Assembly: GCF_009914755.1 (NCBI RefSeq)
Contig: NC_060946.1
Reading direction: 5' to 3' (one strand)
DNA length: 64,000 nucleotides
Source of the DNA: the human T2T-CHM13v2.0 reference genome, Homo sapiens
Both the position numbers and the translations under genes were made by a program. This document shows positions 11,801 to 30,005 of this stretch, in pieces (the first letter of the stretch is position 1; each line of letters starts with the position of its first letter). The notes under the pieces were generated by a model, which saw nothing but the letters and a program-made list of their open reading frames with translations, ran no database searches and was not told the DNA's origin.

Positions 11801-13130
11801 GTCTCAATGTTTGTCCCTCACATAAGATTCCAGAACACTGCTGCTGGGGTCTGAATGCTTGTCCCTCACATACGATTACAGAACACTGTTGCTGGGGAGT
11901 GAATGTTTGTCCCTCACATAGGATACCAGACCACTGCTGCTGAGGTCTCAATGTCTGTCCCTCAAAAAAGGATTCCAGAACACTGTTACTAGGGTCTGAA
12001 TTTTTGTTCCTCACTTAAGACTGCAGAACACTGCTTCGAGGGTCTAAATGTCTGTCCTTCACATAGGATTCCAGAACACTCCTTCTGGTGTCTGAATGTT
12101 TGTCCCTCACATAGGATTCCAGAGCACTCCTGCTGTGGTCTCAATGTTTGTTAATCACATAGGATTCCAGAACACTGCTACAAGGGTCTGAATGTTTGTC
12201 CCTCACATAGGATTCCAGAATACTCCTGCTATGGTCTTAATGCTTGTCCCTCACATAGGATTCCAGAACATTCATGTTGGGGTCTGAATGTTTGCCCTTA
12301 TCATAGGATTTCAGAACAGTGTTCCTGGGGTCTGAATATTTGTCCTTCATATAGGATTTAAGAACACTCCTGCTTTTGTCTGAAAGTTTGTCCCTCACAT
12401 AGGATTCCAGAACTCTCCTGCTGTGGTCTGAAAGTTTGTCATTCACATAGGATTCCAGAACACTGCTGCTGTGGTTTGAATATTTGTCCCTCACATAAGA
12501 TTCCAGAACACTGCTAGGAGGGTCTGAATGTTTGTCCCTCACATAGGATTCCTGAGCATTGTTGCCATGGTCTGAATTTTTGCCATTCACATAGGATTCC
12601 AGAACAGTGCTACGAGGGTCTGAATGTTTGTCCCTCACATAGGATTCCAGAACACTTCTGCTGGTATCTGAATGTTTGTACCTCACATAGGATTCCAGAA
12701 CACTGCTGCTGGGGTCTGAACGTCTGTTCCTCACATAGGATTCTAGAACACTGCTGTTGGGGTTTGAATGTCCCTCACATAGAATTCCAGAACACTGCTG
12801 CGAGTGTCTGAATGTTTGTCCTGCAGATGAGATTCTAGAACACTGCTGCGAGGGTCTAAATGTCTGTCCCTGACATAACATTCCAGCACACTGCTACGAG
12901 GTTTTGAAATGTTTGTCCCTCACATAGGATTACAGAGCACTCCTGCTGTGGTCTGAATGTTTGCCCCTCACATAGGATTCCAGAACATTCCTGCTGTGGT
13001 CTGATTGTTCCTCACATAGGATTCTGGAACACTCCAGCTGGCTTCTGAGTGTTTGTCCCTCACATAGGATTCCTGAAGACTGCTGCTGTCACTATAGTCG
13101 TTGCGAGTGTCTGAATGTTTGACCTTCACC
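8850..13130 (+). repeat. CER (D22Z3-type) 48-bp satellite, ~89 units
   Basis: Unit cctcacataggattccagaacactgctgctggggtctgaatgtttgtc, with gctgctggg and gctacgagg variants as in the 96-bp CER dimer consensus. Confidence 0.92.
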
Positions 13131-13257
13131 AAACACTAAATATCCTGCCCCTTTAGTCTTGGACTTTCCAGCCTCCAGATCTGTGAGCAATATCTCTGTT
13201 GTTTATGAATTACTCAGTCTAAAGTATTTTGTTATAGTAGCCTAAAGAGACTAAGAG
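13125..13257 (+). mobile_element. MaLR (MST/MLT1A-type) LTR 3' end
   Basis: cttggactttccagcctccagatctgtgagcaat...cagtctaaagtattttgttatagtagcctaaagagactaaga is a typical MaLR LTR terminus. Confidence 0.8.
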
Positions 13258-13269
13258 AGCATCACCTGC

Positions 13270-15178
13270 CCTGTCACCTCATCACCGCATTACTAAAGCT
13301 ATACTAACAGCAGTCACTTTTAGTGGGTGCTTCATGCATGAGAATAAAGGGAAAAAATTGCAAGGCATACTAAAATCCAAAAAAAGAAAAAAATATAATT
13401 TGTGTCAACAGAGCAAGCTTCAGAAGCAGACAAAGATATGATTTTGGAATTTTTTTTAAACCTCTGGAGAATATGCTAAGGGCCTAATGAATGAACTAGA
13501 CAGCATTCAAGTATAGATGGGTAATGTAATCAGAAAGACAGACATCGTAAGAACCTTCAACATAATGTAGTGGTAAAAAATGTGGTAAATAACTGAAGAA
13601 TACCTCTGATGGCTTATTAGTAGACTGGACTCAGCTGAGTAAAGAATCTCTGAGCTTGAGGATTTATCATCAGAAACTTCGAAAACTAAAGAAAAGAAAC
13701 ACTGAAAAGAACAGAAGGTGATATCCAAGACTGTGGGACAACTACAAAAGGTGAAACAGAGTAATGAGAATACCAGGAGGAGGAGAAGAAATAGAAGAAA
13801 GTTCTGCAACAACCATGTCTGAGAACTTCCAGTATTAATGTCAGACACCAAACCAAAGATCCAGGAAGCTCTGAGAACACCTGGCAGAATAAATGCCAAC
13901 AACCTACACTTGGACATATAATTTTCAAACTATATGAAATAAAAAATAAAGGAAAACTCTGAAAGAAACCAGAGGTGGGGCAGAAAACACCTTACCTACA
14001 GAGACACAAAGATAAGAACTGCATTCAACATTGCAGAAACTGTGAAAGCAAGAAGACAGTGAAATGAAAAAATCAAAATGTTGACAGAAAAAACCCACCA
14101 ACCTAAGTTTCTGTACCCACTGAAACCACCCTTCAAAAGTGAAGGAGAATTAAGGCCTTCCTCAGAAAAATAAAAATTCAAGAAACTTGTTGCCAGGAGA
14201 CCTGTCTTGCAAGAAATGTTAAATGAAATTCTTTAGAGGGAAACAAAAGATATATAACTGAAACCTGGATCAACATTTTTTTAAAAAGAGCATTAAAGAA
14301 TTGTGGTACAATAAAAACCTATGTATTTATTCTTAATTGATCTGACCAAGAAGTTCATAGACAATAACAAATACACACAGATAGATTATGTATGCTTAAA
14401 CACAAGTGAAATGAGTAACACTAATACAAGGAATAGAATGGAAGGATGGGAGGGAGGAATTGTGGTACAATAAAAACATGTATTTATTCATAATTGATCT
14501 GACCAATAAGTTTGTAGATAATAATAAATACACACAGATAGATTATGTATGCTTATACACAAGTGAAATAAGGAACAATAATACAAGGAATGGAATGGAA
14601 GGATGGGAGGGAGGAATCAGGTGTTTTCTTTGTTAAGCAGGTAGTCACCCGTGAAGTGGGATAGTGTTATCTGAAAGTGGACTTTAATTGGTTGTAAATG
14701 TATATTGAGGAATTAGGTGTGTTCTTTGTTAAGCAGGTAGTCTTATTTGTGGGATAGTGGGATAGTGTTATTTGAAAGTGGACTTGAATTTGTTATAAAT
14801 GTTACTGAGGAATTAGGTGTTTTGTTTGTTAAGCAGGTAGTCTTATTCGTGGGATAGTGGGATAGTGTTATTTGAAAGTGGACTTGAATTTGTTGTAAAT
14901 GTATATCGCAAATTCTGTGGCAACTAGTTAAAAAAAGTTTTAAAAAGAGAAGTACATGCTAAGAAAGACAGGGAAAATGTAGTCATCTAAAATCATCAAT
15001 GAAAACTGCAAAAGGCAGAAAAAGACTGGTAGACAAAAGAATGGAGACTGAGGAGAATGAATAGAAAACAGTAACAAATATAGTAGATATTAATCCAATG
15101 ATATCAATAATCACTTTGAATGCTAATGGTATGAATGTACCAATTCAAAGATAGAGATTGTCAGAGTCTATCAAAAGA
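13270..15178 (+). mobile_element. Old L1M ORF1/inter-ORF/ORF2-start fragment with internal tandem duplications
   Basis: A-rich L1 ORF1-like sequence (aacctaagtttctgtacccactgaaaccacccttcaaaagtgaaggagaa). Duplications: 159 bp x2 (14298, 14457) and ~98 bp x3 (14611, 14707, 14807). Confidence 0.7.
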
Positions 15179-15880
15179 CTTGATTCACTGCACTTTGCTT
15201 TATTGTGTTTTGTGACCATGTGTTTTACATATTGAAGGTTTGTGGCCACCCTGCAATAAGCAGGTCTGACTGGCACCATTGTTCCTACAGCACGTGCTCA
15301 CTTCACGTCTCTGTGTCACATTTCGGTCATTCTCACAGTATTTTAAGATTTTTATTATTGAATCGTTATGGTGATCTGTAATGAGTGATCTTTAATGCTA
15401 CTGTTGTCATTGTTTTGGGAACCACAAATCACACCAGGATAAGACAGCAAACAATTGACAAATGCGTTTGTTCTGACTGCCCCACCAACGGGCCATTTCT
15501 CTTTCTCTCTCTTTTTCTCAGGCTTCTTTTTATTAATATTAAAATGTGGCCAATTAATAACCCTACAATAGCCTCTGTATGTTCAAGTGAAAGAAGACTT
15601 GTATGTCTGTCACTTTAAACCAAAAGAAAGAAATAATTAAGCTTAGTGATTAAGGCATGCTGTAAGCAAGACAGGCCAGTAGCTAGACCTCATGCAACAA
15701 ACACTTAGCCAAGTTGTGAATGCAAAGGAAGTGTTCTGGAAAGAAATTTAAAGTATTACTCCAGTGAATACATGAATGATAAAAAGCTAAACAATCTTGC
15801 TGCTGTTATGAAGAAAGTTTAATTGATCTAGATAGAAGATAAAAAAAATCCACTAAGCCTAAGCCTAACTCTCTTTTTAC

Positions 15881-16179
15881 TTTTTTTTTTGTTTTTGAGA
15901 CAGAGTTTCATTTTTCTTGCCCAAGCTGGAGTACAATAGCGTGATCTTGGCTCATCGCAACCTCTGCCTCCCAAGTTCAAGCTCTCCTGCCTCAGCATCC
16001 TGAGTAGCTGGGATTACAGGCATGCACCACCACACCTGGCTAATTTTTTGTATTTTTAGTAGAGACGGGGTTTCTCCACGTTGGTTAGACTGGTGTCGAA
16101 CTCCCGACCGCAGGTGATCTGCCTGCCTCGGCCTCCCAAAGTGCTAGGATTACAGGTGTGACAGCCACCACACCCGGCC
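15881..16179 (-). mobile_element. Alu
   Basis: Poly-T followed by a reverse-complement Alu dimer. Confidence 0.95.
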
Positions 16180-17037
16180 TCTCTTCAATTCTATGAAGAC
16201 TTAGAGAGGTGAGGCAGCTGCAGAAGAAGAGTGTGAAGCTAGAAGAGCTTGTTTCTTGAGGTTTAAGGAAAAAAGTCATCTTCATAACATAAAAGCGCAA
16301 GATAAAGCAGCAAGTACTGATGGAAAAGCTGCAGAAAGCTATCTAGAAGATAATTGATTAAGATGGCTACACTAAACAGATTTGCAATGAAGACAAAACA
16401 GCATTCTACTAGAAGGAGATGCCATCCAGGATGTTCCCAGCTAGAGAGGAGTTGATGCCTGGATTTAAGGCTTCAAAGGACATGCTGACTCTTTTGTTAA
16501 GGCCTAATGCAGTTTGTGATGTTAACATGAAACCAATGATGATTTACTATTCTGAAAATCCAAGGGCCCTGAAGAATTATGATAAAACACAGCTCTGCCT
16601 GTACTCTACAAATGGGAACAAAGCCTGGATGACAGACTATCGGTTTACAAATACGGTTTACTGAATATCTTAAGCCCACTGTCGACAACTACCGCTCAAG
16701 AAATAAGATTCCTTTCAAAGTATTACCACTCACTGACAATGCCCCTGGTACTCAAGGGCTTTTACAGAGATGTATAAAGAGCTGAATATTGTTTTCATGC
16801 CTACTAACCCAACATTCATTCTGGTGCCCTTGGATCAAAGAATAATTTCAACTTTCAAGTCTTATCACTTAAAAAATATATTTCATAAAGCTATAGCTTC
16901 TCTAGCAAGTGATTCCTTTGATGGATCTGGGCAAAATAATTGAAAACCTACTGGAAAGGATTCACCATTCTAGATGCCATTGAGAACATTCATGATTTAA
17001 AAAAGAAGATCAAAATAGCAACATTAGGAGAAGTTGG

Positions 17038-17378
<341 letters not shown>

Positions 17379-17906
17379 TCACCACTTCTGTGGAGGAAGT
17401 AACTGCAGATATGGTGGAAATAACAAGAGCACTAGAATCAGAGACAGAGCCTGAAGATCTGGCGAGACTGCAGCATCCTCTGGAGAAAACGTGAGAGGAT
17501 GAGTTGCTCCCACGGATGAGCAAAGAAAGTGGTTTCTTGAGATGAAATCTACTCGTGGTGAAGACAGTGTAAACAATGTTGAGATGACAACAGATTTAGA
17601 ATAAACTTGGTACAGCAGAAGGAAGGCTTGACAGGATTGAACCCAATGATTTACAATAATACATAAACTTAGTTGGTACTGCAGTACGAAGGTTTGACAG
17701 CATTGAATCCAATTTTGAAAGTTCTACTGTGGGTAAAAAGCTATCATCGTATGCTACAGATAATTCTTTTGTGAAAGGGAGAGTCAATTGACACAGCAAA
17801 CTTCAATGTTGTCTTTTTTTAAGAAATTGCGACAGCCACCCCAGCGCTCAGCAACCACCACCTTACATTAAGGTAAGACCCTCCATCAGCAAGAAGACTG
17901 AAACTT

Positions 17907-18170
17907 GGCCAGGTGCAGTGGCTCACACCTGTCATCCCAACACCTTGGGAGGCCAAGGTGGGTGGATTGCTTGAGCCCAGGACATCAAGGCAACATGGCA
18001 AAACCACATCTCTACAAAAAAAAATACAAAAATTAGCTGGACACGGTGGCATGCACCTGTAGTCCCAGCTAGTCAGGAGTCTGAGGTGGGGGTTTGATTG
18101 AGCATGAGGTTGAGGCTGCAATTACTCCAGCCTGAGCCACAGAGTAAAACCCTGTCACGCACACAAAAAA
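17907..18170 (+). mobile_element. Old Alu (AluJ-like)
   Basis: Diverged Alu dimer with gattgcttgagcccagg. Confidence 0.85.
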
Positions 18171-18256
18171 AGATTGCAGCTTTCTGAAGGCTCAGATGAC
18201 TGTTAGCACTTGTTAACAATAAAGTATTTGTAAATTAAAGTGTGCATACTTTGTAG

Positions 18257-18749
<493 letters not shown>

Positions 18750-18876
18750 TCATTTTTTAAAAAGGGTGAGAATGAGAAATATATGGGGAGTGATGGTCAA
18801 GTTTACGGCATTATTTGTTGTGATGAGTCCTGGGGCGAATACTTATCTCTATACTCATTAAGATGTATATATTCGG

Positions 18877-19833
<957 letters not shown>

Positions 19834-19984
19834 CAATTTTTAAATACATATAATTAAAAATTAATAAAAAACAGGTATTTGCAAGTTTCTGTTTTGTTAT
19901 ATGCTTATTATTCTTTATCTTTATGTCAGGTTGCTGTGTCAATACACTTAGGAGATCATAGTTTCTAAATTGAAATACAAATAA

Positions 19985-20326
<342 letters not shown>

Positions 20327-20512
20327 TAAAATTTACATTTCTGAGTTAAGAATGCTTAAAATATTATAAAAACAGAAGCACAATTCATTATGTGTTTCAT
20401 TAATTACCTTTATTAAAAACAACACAATTATATTACAATAGGACAAAAAATGTTTTAGCAAATGAAAACGAAACCATGACATACTCAAACTCAGGAGGAG
20501 GCAACAAAGGCA

Positions 20513-20756
20513 GTGCTAAAGGCAAGCTTACAGCTGCAGATGCTTAAATTAAAAAGAAGAAAGATCTCAAACCCATGCTAAAGGGAAGCTTACAGCTGCA
20601 GATCCTTAAATTAAAAAGAAGAAAGATCTCAAACCCGTGCTAAAGGGAAGCTTACAGCTGCAGATGCTTAAATTAAAAAGAAGAAAGATCTCAAACCCTT
20701 GCTAAAGGGAAGCTTATAGCTGCAGGTGCTTAAATTAAAAAGAAGAAAGATCTCAA
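20513..20756 (+). repeat. 62-bp minisatellite x4 derived from L1 ORF2
   Basis: gtgctaaagggaagcttacagctgcagatgcttaaattaaaaagaagaaagatctcaaaccc at ~20513, 20575, 20637, 20699. Confidence 0.92.
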
Positions 20757-21782
20757 ATAAATAACCTAATATTACACCTGAAGGAGGAAAAAAAAAACTA
20801 ATGACAAACCAAGCAAAAGGAAGAAAATAACAGATTAGAGCAGAGATAAGCAGAATAAGACCAGAAAAAAAGGAAAAAAAACACTGAGTTTGTTTTTTTA
20901 AAGATCAATAAAAATTTTAAAACTCACAGCTATATTAAGAAAAAAAGAGAAATCTCAAATACTAAAATCATAAATAAAAGAGTTGACAATACAACAGATG
21001 CCACAGAAATGAAAAAGATTACAAGACACTAATGTGAGCAACCATATGCCACAAAACTGGGCAACCTAGAATAAATTTATAAATTCCTAGAAACACAAAC
21101 CACCATACTGCATCACGGAGAAATAAAAAATCCAAAGAGACCTGTAACTAGTATGAAGATTCAACCAGTAATCAAAAACCCCACCAAAAAGAAAATTCCA
21201 GGTCCAGATAACTTCACTGGAAAATTTTACCAAACATTTCAAGAAGAATTAATGCCAATCCTCTGCAAAATATTCCAAAAATGTTCAAAAACCAGAAGGG
21301 GACATTCCAATCCATTCTATCAGGTCAACATTTATCTGGTTCCAGAGCCAGATGAACACCTTTTGTAATAAAAACACTCAAAGAATTAGTAATATATGGA
21401 AACTCCTCAGTAAATAAAGATTATACATGAAAAGCTCACAGCTAACATCATACTCAATCGTGAAAAACTAAAATCTTTTCCTCTAGGGTCAGGAATAAGA
21501 TAGCAACTTCTCTTCCTGCCACTTCTATTCACCACAGCACTGGAATTTCTACTTAGAATAATTAGGCAAGAGAAAGTAATAAAAAGCATGCAAATTGGAA
21601 AGGAAAAAGTACAAAATTTTGTTCACAGACAACATGATGTAATGTGTAAAAATTCTGAAATTCCACAAAATACTGGTAGAATAATGAAATTCAACAAAGT
21701 TTCAGGATATAGTAACACACTCAAGTCAGTTGCATTTCTATAAACTAACAATGAACAATCTGCAAATAAAATTTTAAAAAGA

Positions 21783-22479
<697 letters not shown>

Positions 22480-23266
22480 TTAAAAAAATTATAAATAAGC
22501 TTAACCAAGAGGGCAAAAGATTTGAACACAGAAAACTACAAAACACTGTTGAAAGAAATTAAACACAAATACATGAAAAGAAAAGCTGGGTTTGCAGATT
22601 AGATGATTTCATCTTGGAATGATGTCAACACTACTCGAAGTGACCTAGATTCATTACAATCCTTATAAAGATTCCAATGACATTTTTGATAAACAGAAAA
22701 ACCTATCTTAAAACTCATATGGAATCTCCAGTGCCCATGAATAGGCAAATCGATCTTGAAACAGAACAAAATTAAAGGTCTCAAAACAATTACAAAACTG
22801 CAATAAGCCAAAAAAAAAAATGTGGTCATGGCATAAAGACACTCTTGACACACTTATGGACCAACACAACAGAGACCTTAGAAACCAACCCTGGCATATA
22901 TGGTCCAATGACCTTCCACAAGGATGCCAAGACCACTCAATGGTGAAGGACAGTTTCTGCAACAAATTGTGTTGGGAAAATTGTATATCTACATGCAAAA
23001 CAGTGAAGTTGGACTCTTACCTTACACCACGTTAAAATTAATTCAAAGTGAATTATAAACCTAAATGTAAAACTAGAACTATCAAACTCCTAGGGAAAAC
23101 AAATTTGGAAAATGCTTTATGATGATGAATTTGTCAATAATTTTTAGGATATGACATTAAAAGCTCAGGCAGTAAAAGCAAAAATATATCAAACCTAAAA
23201 ACTTCTGTACCACAAAGGTCACAACCAACAGGGTAAAAGGCAAACTGTAGAATAAAAGAAAATACC

Positions 23267-23478
23267 AGTTGAGTGTCCCTTATTTGAAATGCTTGGGATG
23301 TATTTCAGATTTTGTAATATTTGCACTATTCTTACTGGTTGAGCATCTCGAATTCAAACACCTGAGTCTGAGATGCTCCAATAAGCATTTCCTTTGAGTG
23401 TCATGTTGGCACTCAAAAAGTTTCAGACTTTGGAGCATTTGGGATTTCAGATTTTTGGATCGGAGACATTCAATCTAT
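23267..23478. mobile_element. Tigger4/MER46-type non-autonomous DNA transposon
   Basis: cagttgagtgtcccttatttgaaatgcttggga...ttcctttgagtgtcatgttggcactcaaaaagtttcag...atttcagatttttggat. Confidence 0.75.
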
Positions 23479-23829
23479 AGTTGCTCATCATGTATCTCAT
23501 AAGAAGTGAACATACAGAATACGTAAAGAACTCCTACAGAGAGACTTCCAGAAGCAGAGAGGAGCAAACACATTTTCACACTAGGGCACCTCCTATCTCT
23601 CCTGGATTCCAATTAGGGCAGAGTAAGTGCTAGTTCTCTGCCAACCTAGGATTAGGCCCTGCAGCTGCAGTGAAAATAATCACAGAAGAAAACTAAGAAA
23701 TAAAAAATGGAGAAAGTGAGACATCAAACTAGAATTACTAGAATCCCCTAGGAAGAAGGAAAAAAAAAACAAAACAGAAAAACAATCAAACCAGATAATT
23801 AAACCTTGGTGTGACCAGAAGATCAGGGT

Positions 23830-24409
23830 TTCCTAAAGGAGTGGAAATTTATTGACTTGAAGACGATTTATTGATTACTGATTTGAAGAGGAAGAAAAAC
23901 CATGAATGGTCTAAAGCAAAAGCCTAGTGTCTGAAGAAGTCAGTAGGGTGAAAACAAGAGCTGGCCAGAATGTCCACAGATGGTGACAAGTTTGCAAAGC
24001 CTTTACTAGACTACTTGTGAGGCTAACTAGAGGCCATGGAGCCAACACTGCCCCTGTCCTTACAGAGAGACCCTACACAGGATTCCCAGATATACATGGA
24101 AGGACAACATCTTATCAGGTCCTCTCTGTGCAGATGTGATCATTCCAAATAATGAGCTCCAGCCCCAAGACTGTTCCATCCTCAATTGCTTTGAGTGGGC
24201 AATGTAGGCTTTCCACACACGAGCTACATGTAGGTTCCTTGGGTACCCAGATGAGAGCCGTGAAACACAAACCTTCCATGGTCAGGTCCGTATCTGTTTC
24301 CTGCCTTTTCCCCAGCAATCCCCAGGCCTCAGCAGCAGTGGTCTACCTCTGCTGATTCTCATTCAGAATCTGAACTTAGAAACAATTAGAACCTAGACCC
24401 CAATTCTAC
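23830..24409 (-). other. Candidate non-coding terminal exon of the minus-strand unit
   Basis: Minus-strand acceptor gttattctgttactttcag|G at 24410/24409, a non-TE-like body, and two AATAAA signals on the minus strand (tttatt at 23848 and 23867). Confidence 0.35.
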
Positions 24410-24559
24410 CTGAAAGTAACAGAATAACATAATCTATACCCTGCAGCATGACTGTTTGCCCAACGTAATGAGGATGAACTGAGAGATAATGAATGACCAT
24501 GACCCTGGCCCAAGTAACAAGAATGAACTGTGAGATAAATGAATGATCATGACCAAAAA

Positions 24560-25687
<1,128 letters not shown>

Positions 25688-25798
25688 TATAAAAAATTAT
25701 TTCAAAAAGCCAAAAGATTAATCAAACTGGAATATTTAGAAATATTTAACCCAAAAGAAGTTAGGAAAGAATATATAGAAGATCAAAACACAGACTAA

Positions 25799-26100
25799 GG
25801 CCAGGCATGGTGGCTCATGCCTGTAATCTGAACAATTTGGGATGCCAAGGTGGGTAGGTTGCTTGAGCTCAGGAGTTCAAGATCAGCCTGTGCAACATGG
25901 CAAAACTCTATCTCTACAAAAAATATAAAAATTAGCCAGGTGTGTTGCCATGCACCTGTAGTCCCAGCTACTCAGGGGGCTCAAGTGAGGATTGGTTGGG
26001 CCTGGGAGGCAGAGGTTGCAGTGAGCCAAGATTGCACCATTGCACTACAGTCTGGGTGACAGAGTAAGACCCTGTCTTAAAAAAATAAACAAACAAATAG
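25799..26100 (+). mobile_element. AluJ-like
   Basis: Diverged Alu dimer. Confidence 0.9.
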
Positions 26101-26900
26101 AAAATAAGTAGAAAAATGGCAGACCTAAATCCAACCTTAGCAATGATTAGTTACAATGTAACTGGACAAATACTCTACTTAAGACAGAGACTGCCATACC
26201 TGAGAGGAAAGCAAGACCCAACAATATGGCATCCACAGAGACACAATTTAAACACAAAGACACAAACAAAGTATGAGAAAAAATATGCTATGCAGACACT
26301 AATCTTAAAAATATGCTATCCAGACACTAATCATAAAAAGCTTCAACAGAGATGTTAACACTAGATGAAAGAGGCTTCAGAGCAAAATATATCACCAGAA
26401 ATAAACAGGGTAATTTAATAAAAATAAAATAATCAGAGAGGATGATGTTACAATTATAAATTGTGCCTCAAAGTGCACACAAATTACACACACACACAGA
26501 GCCTCAAAGTATGTGAATCAAAAACAACAGACAAAAGCAGGAAATTGACAATCCAAAATTATAGCTGGTGAATTAATACTGCTCTCTCAGTAACTGATGG
26601 AACAACCAGATAAAAATATAGGAAAAATATGGATCTAAATGACAAAATCCTGACCCAAATGGTACTTGGCAGTACCAAGATAAACTGTATGTCGATCGAT
26701 TGAGAAAAGGTTCAAGCCTGAAATAGTATACAAAAGATGTTGTCTGAACACTCGAAATTAAATTAGAAACCAACAACAAATTGATATCCAGAAAAGCCTC
26801 AAATGTCTGAAAACCAAGTAATAAACTTTGAAATACCCTGTGAGTCAAAAAGTATTCAAAAGGGGAACTGGAATGTATTTGGAACAAACTTGTTATAAAA
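26100..26900 (+). mobile_element. Highly diverged L1M ORF2 (endonuclease region) fragments
   Basis: aagcaagacccaacaatatgg...gagacacaatttaaacacaaagacaca; aaattaaattagaaaccaacaac. Confidence 0.55.
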
Positions 26901-26909
26901 ATCTCATTT

Positions 26910-28970
26910 CTGGTAGACTAAAGGTGACAACTTCTTTCCTGCTCCTCTCTCTGTGAGGACCAATTCCCCTTAAACCTTGACCAGACTACTGACTTATTTG
27001 GCCAACAGAAGGTGACAAAGGTGGTATTTGGGGACTTCAGAAGCCAGGCTGAGAAAACAGAACACTTATCCAGGAGAAAGCCAGTCACCAGGCAGGAAAT
27101 CCCACTACCCTGAGACATGATGGAAACCACACTGCCAGTCCATGACTAGCTACATGCATTGACATCCCCCACTGAGCCTCCAGCAACACCGATTTCCAAC
27201 AACTAGTGAGCCTCCAGCAACATCCACTCCCAACCACTAGTGAGCCACCCTGCACACCACCCCACTGTGCTTTCACACAATCCAGCTTGGCTGCAACTGT
27301 GTGTGAGATGAGCTGACCACCAAGACTCTCAAAGCCAAAAAACAAGTAATAATGAGTTGTTTTAAGCTGCCAAGTTTTGGGGATGGTTTCTTCAGAATAG
27401 AAAACTGGAACAGAATATGACCGCTGGAAATGAGCTGCTGTGGTAATCAGAAGCTACAATATGTGACACGACTGTGAGGCTGACCTGTAACTGGGCCTCA
27501 AGGAGACCATTCATGCAACCTGGAAGAGCATCAAGACTCTTGGTCAGGGCCTGAAGGATGGTGAGAAAATGTCATTGGAAACTGGAGAAAAGGCCTGAGA
27601 GTTACGTGCTGAGGGACTGTGGGAAAACTACGGCCACAACATGGAAACTGAAAGGGCACTGCACCATCTCAGGGATCTGCCTAAGGAGACATCTGGGAAG
27701 AACATGGAAAGTGCTACCAGCCTCCCCTAACTGTCACTGAATAAATATGACAGGAGAGGGACATGATCTAAACAAGGAGGTTCAGTTTTCAAACAGAATT
27801 TAGAGAAAATATAAAGAAATAATTTCTTGTCTCAAAAGGCCAAAGTAGAAAAAAGAAAGAAAAGAAAAGGAAAAAAAATGAAAAAGAAGCCATTGAATAC
27901 CCTATTGACCATAAGAAAAAGGCAGGGAAACTTGGTCAAAGGCAACCCAGGCACTGAAGGAAAAAGGACACAAACACCATTCTCAGGGACCAGGACTGGG
28001 CGCCGTTCTCAGGGACCAGGACTGGGCACTAATCACAGAACTGTAACAGGCACCCCATGGGAATGACCAACTGTTAGACGGGGCCTGCAGGGCAGCACTT
28101 CCTTCTTGCCTCCCACCAACAGCTTCTAAAGGGAAATGCCGACTGTTTTCACACCAGTCCCCTCACTGCGGCTGAGTTTGTGGGCTCAGATGATAGGTCA
28201 CCACAACCTGATTCAGTCCCCACTGTGGCTGTGTGTGGGGGGTCAGATGACAGGCCACCACAATCTGATTCAGTCCACACTGTTGCTGTGTCGGGGGGAG
28301 GGGCAGATGACAGGTCACCACAACCTGATTCAGTCCTCACTGCAGCTGTGTGTGTGTTGGTGCAGATGACAGGCCACCACAACCTGATTCAGGATTCAGT
28401 TGGGCTACCAGCCAGTGCCATAAGGAAAACCATTCTGGGCTCTTGAGAGGGGCAAAGCATAATTTGCATGTAGCAGAAATGTTAATAGTTTGCGACCAGA
28501 GGACAAGCTGTGGTTTATTAAAGACTGCTGCAGGTTCCTACTATGCTTCTCATCAAGAGGTGGAATCTAATCACCTTCCGCCCTTGAATCATGGCTGGCC
28601 TCAGTGATGAGTGCGACTGGGCAGTGTGGCAGGAGAGATGCTCTGGGACTTCTGAGGGGCGATCATGAGAGGCCTTACAGATTCTGCCTGGGCCTCTGGG
28701 ACACACACCCTGGGAGAAACCAGACAAACCTGACTACCTGACGCTGCCAGACTGGGAGGAAGTCCGTGCTGGCCACGAAGAGAGGGCTGGGTGCCTGTTC
28801 CATGTCCCCAGCCACTAGAGTCCTTCCAGATGAGACCAAGGACATCATGAAGCAACCAACCCACACCGCCCTGTCCAGTGTCTTGACCCAGAAAATTGTG
28901 ACATGTAAAAAAATAAATTCCTGGTTTAAGCCAGTAAGGTTACTGGTACATTGTTACATCTCAGATAATT
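26910..28970 (+). mobile_element. MLT1-type MaLR remnants (LTR ~26910-27410, int-like, LTR ~28490-28970)
   Basis: LTR ends gttgttttaagctgccaagttttggggatggttt and ggtttaagccagtaaggttactggtacattgttac. Confidence 0.55.
28187..28393 (+). repeat. 57-60-bp minisatellite x4
   Basis: cagatgacagg(t/c)caccacaacctgattcagtcc at 28187, 28244, 28304, 28363. Confidence 0.9.
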
Positions 28971-29698
28971 AAAACCTTGAAAAACTCATGAGAGATCACA
29001 AGTAGAACCTTGATCTGAAACGGCATGTAGCGATTTATATTGAGTATTAGGTTAAAAATGCAAGAATGGAGCATAGTTAATATTTTACGTTAAAGCTAAA
29101 ACTATAATTGCCTACTTAAAATTTTCAGTTAATTAGGTTGTCACTTTTTGTTCTTAACCAAGAAATCAACTAGTTTTAGTCCATAAACAGTTAGAACTGA
29201 TGCACACATCCGTTTCTCCTTACTCATTTTAAACAGCTATCTGAAATAGGAAGCGTAATATAATCTTTAAAGAATCTGAAAACATGACAGAAATGTTTAA
29301 ACTATAAACATATATTGTATATGTTAGCATATTGTATACATTGCGTATTAACATAAGCTAGAATCATTGACATAAATTTATATAAACGAAAGGTGTAACA
29401 TATGACAATGTTCTTCTTGATTTTTGTCTTTGCATATTTCTTTATTGGCCCTTGTCAAATGTGACCCACTAACTCCTGAATACTTTCTCCCTCCCCATTG
29501 ATTCCTAAGGATGTCACCACAGTGTTGGCCAGATGCATAGGTCACAGGGGACTGAATCTCATCACCCCACAAACATACCATTCAGGTTTTGCCAAGAATG
29601 ACACTGTAAATGTAACAAAGCTTCCGTGCTTGTTAGTGAACACCAACTCAGCTCCTCTCCTGTATTCAGAAATCAGGATGAGATGAAAACAACAAGCA

Positions 29699-30005
<307 letters not shown>

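Noticed and set aside
8711-12881. Cys/His-rich and ESYVRDKHS repeat ORFs that look like zinc fingers or keratin-associated proteins
   Set aside because: The 48-bp CER unit equals 16 codons; there are frequent stops and indels and no C2H2 spacing.
8850-13130. CRISPR-like regular repeat (also 42426-43305 and 28187-28393)
   Set aside because: Head-to-tail tandem units without unique spacers, in primate DNA, with no cas genes.
16419-16664. TIGD1-like transposase gene
   Set aside because: Short fragment of a decayed Tigger1 interrupted by Alus and frameshifts.
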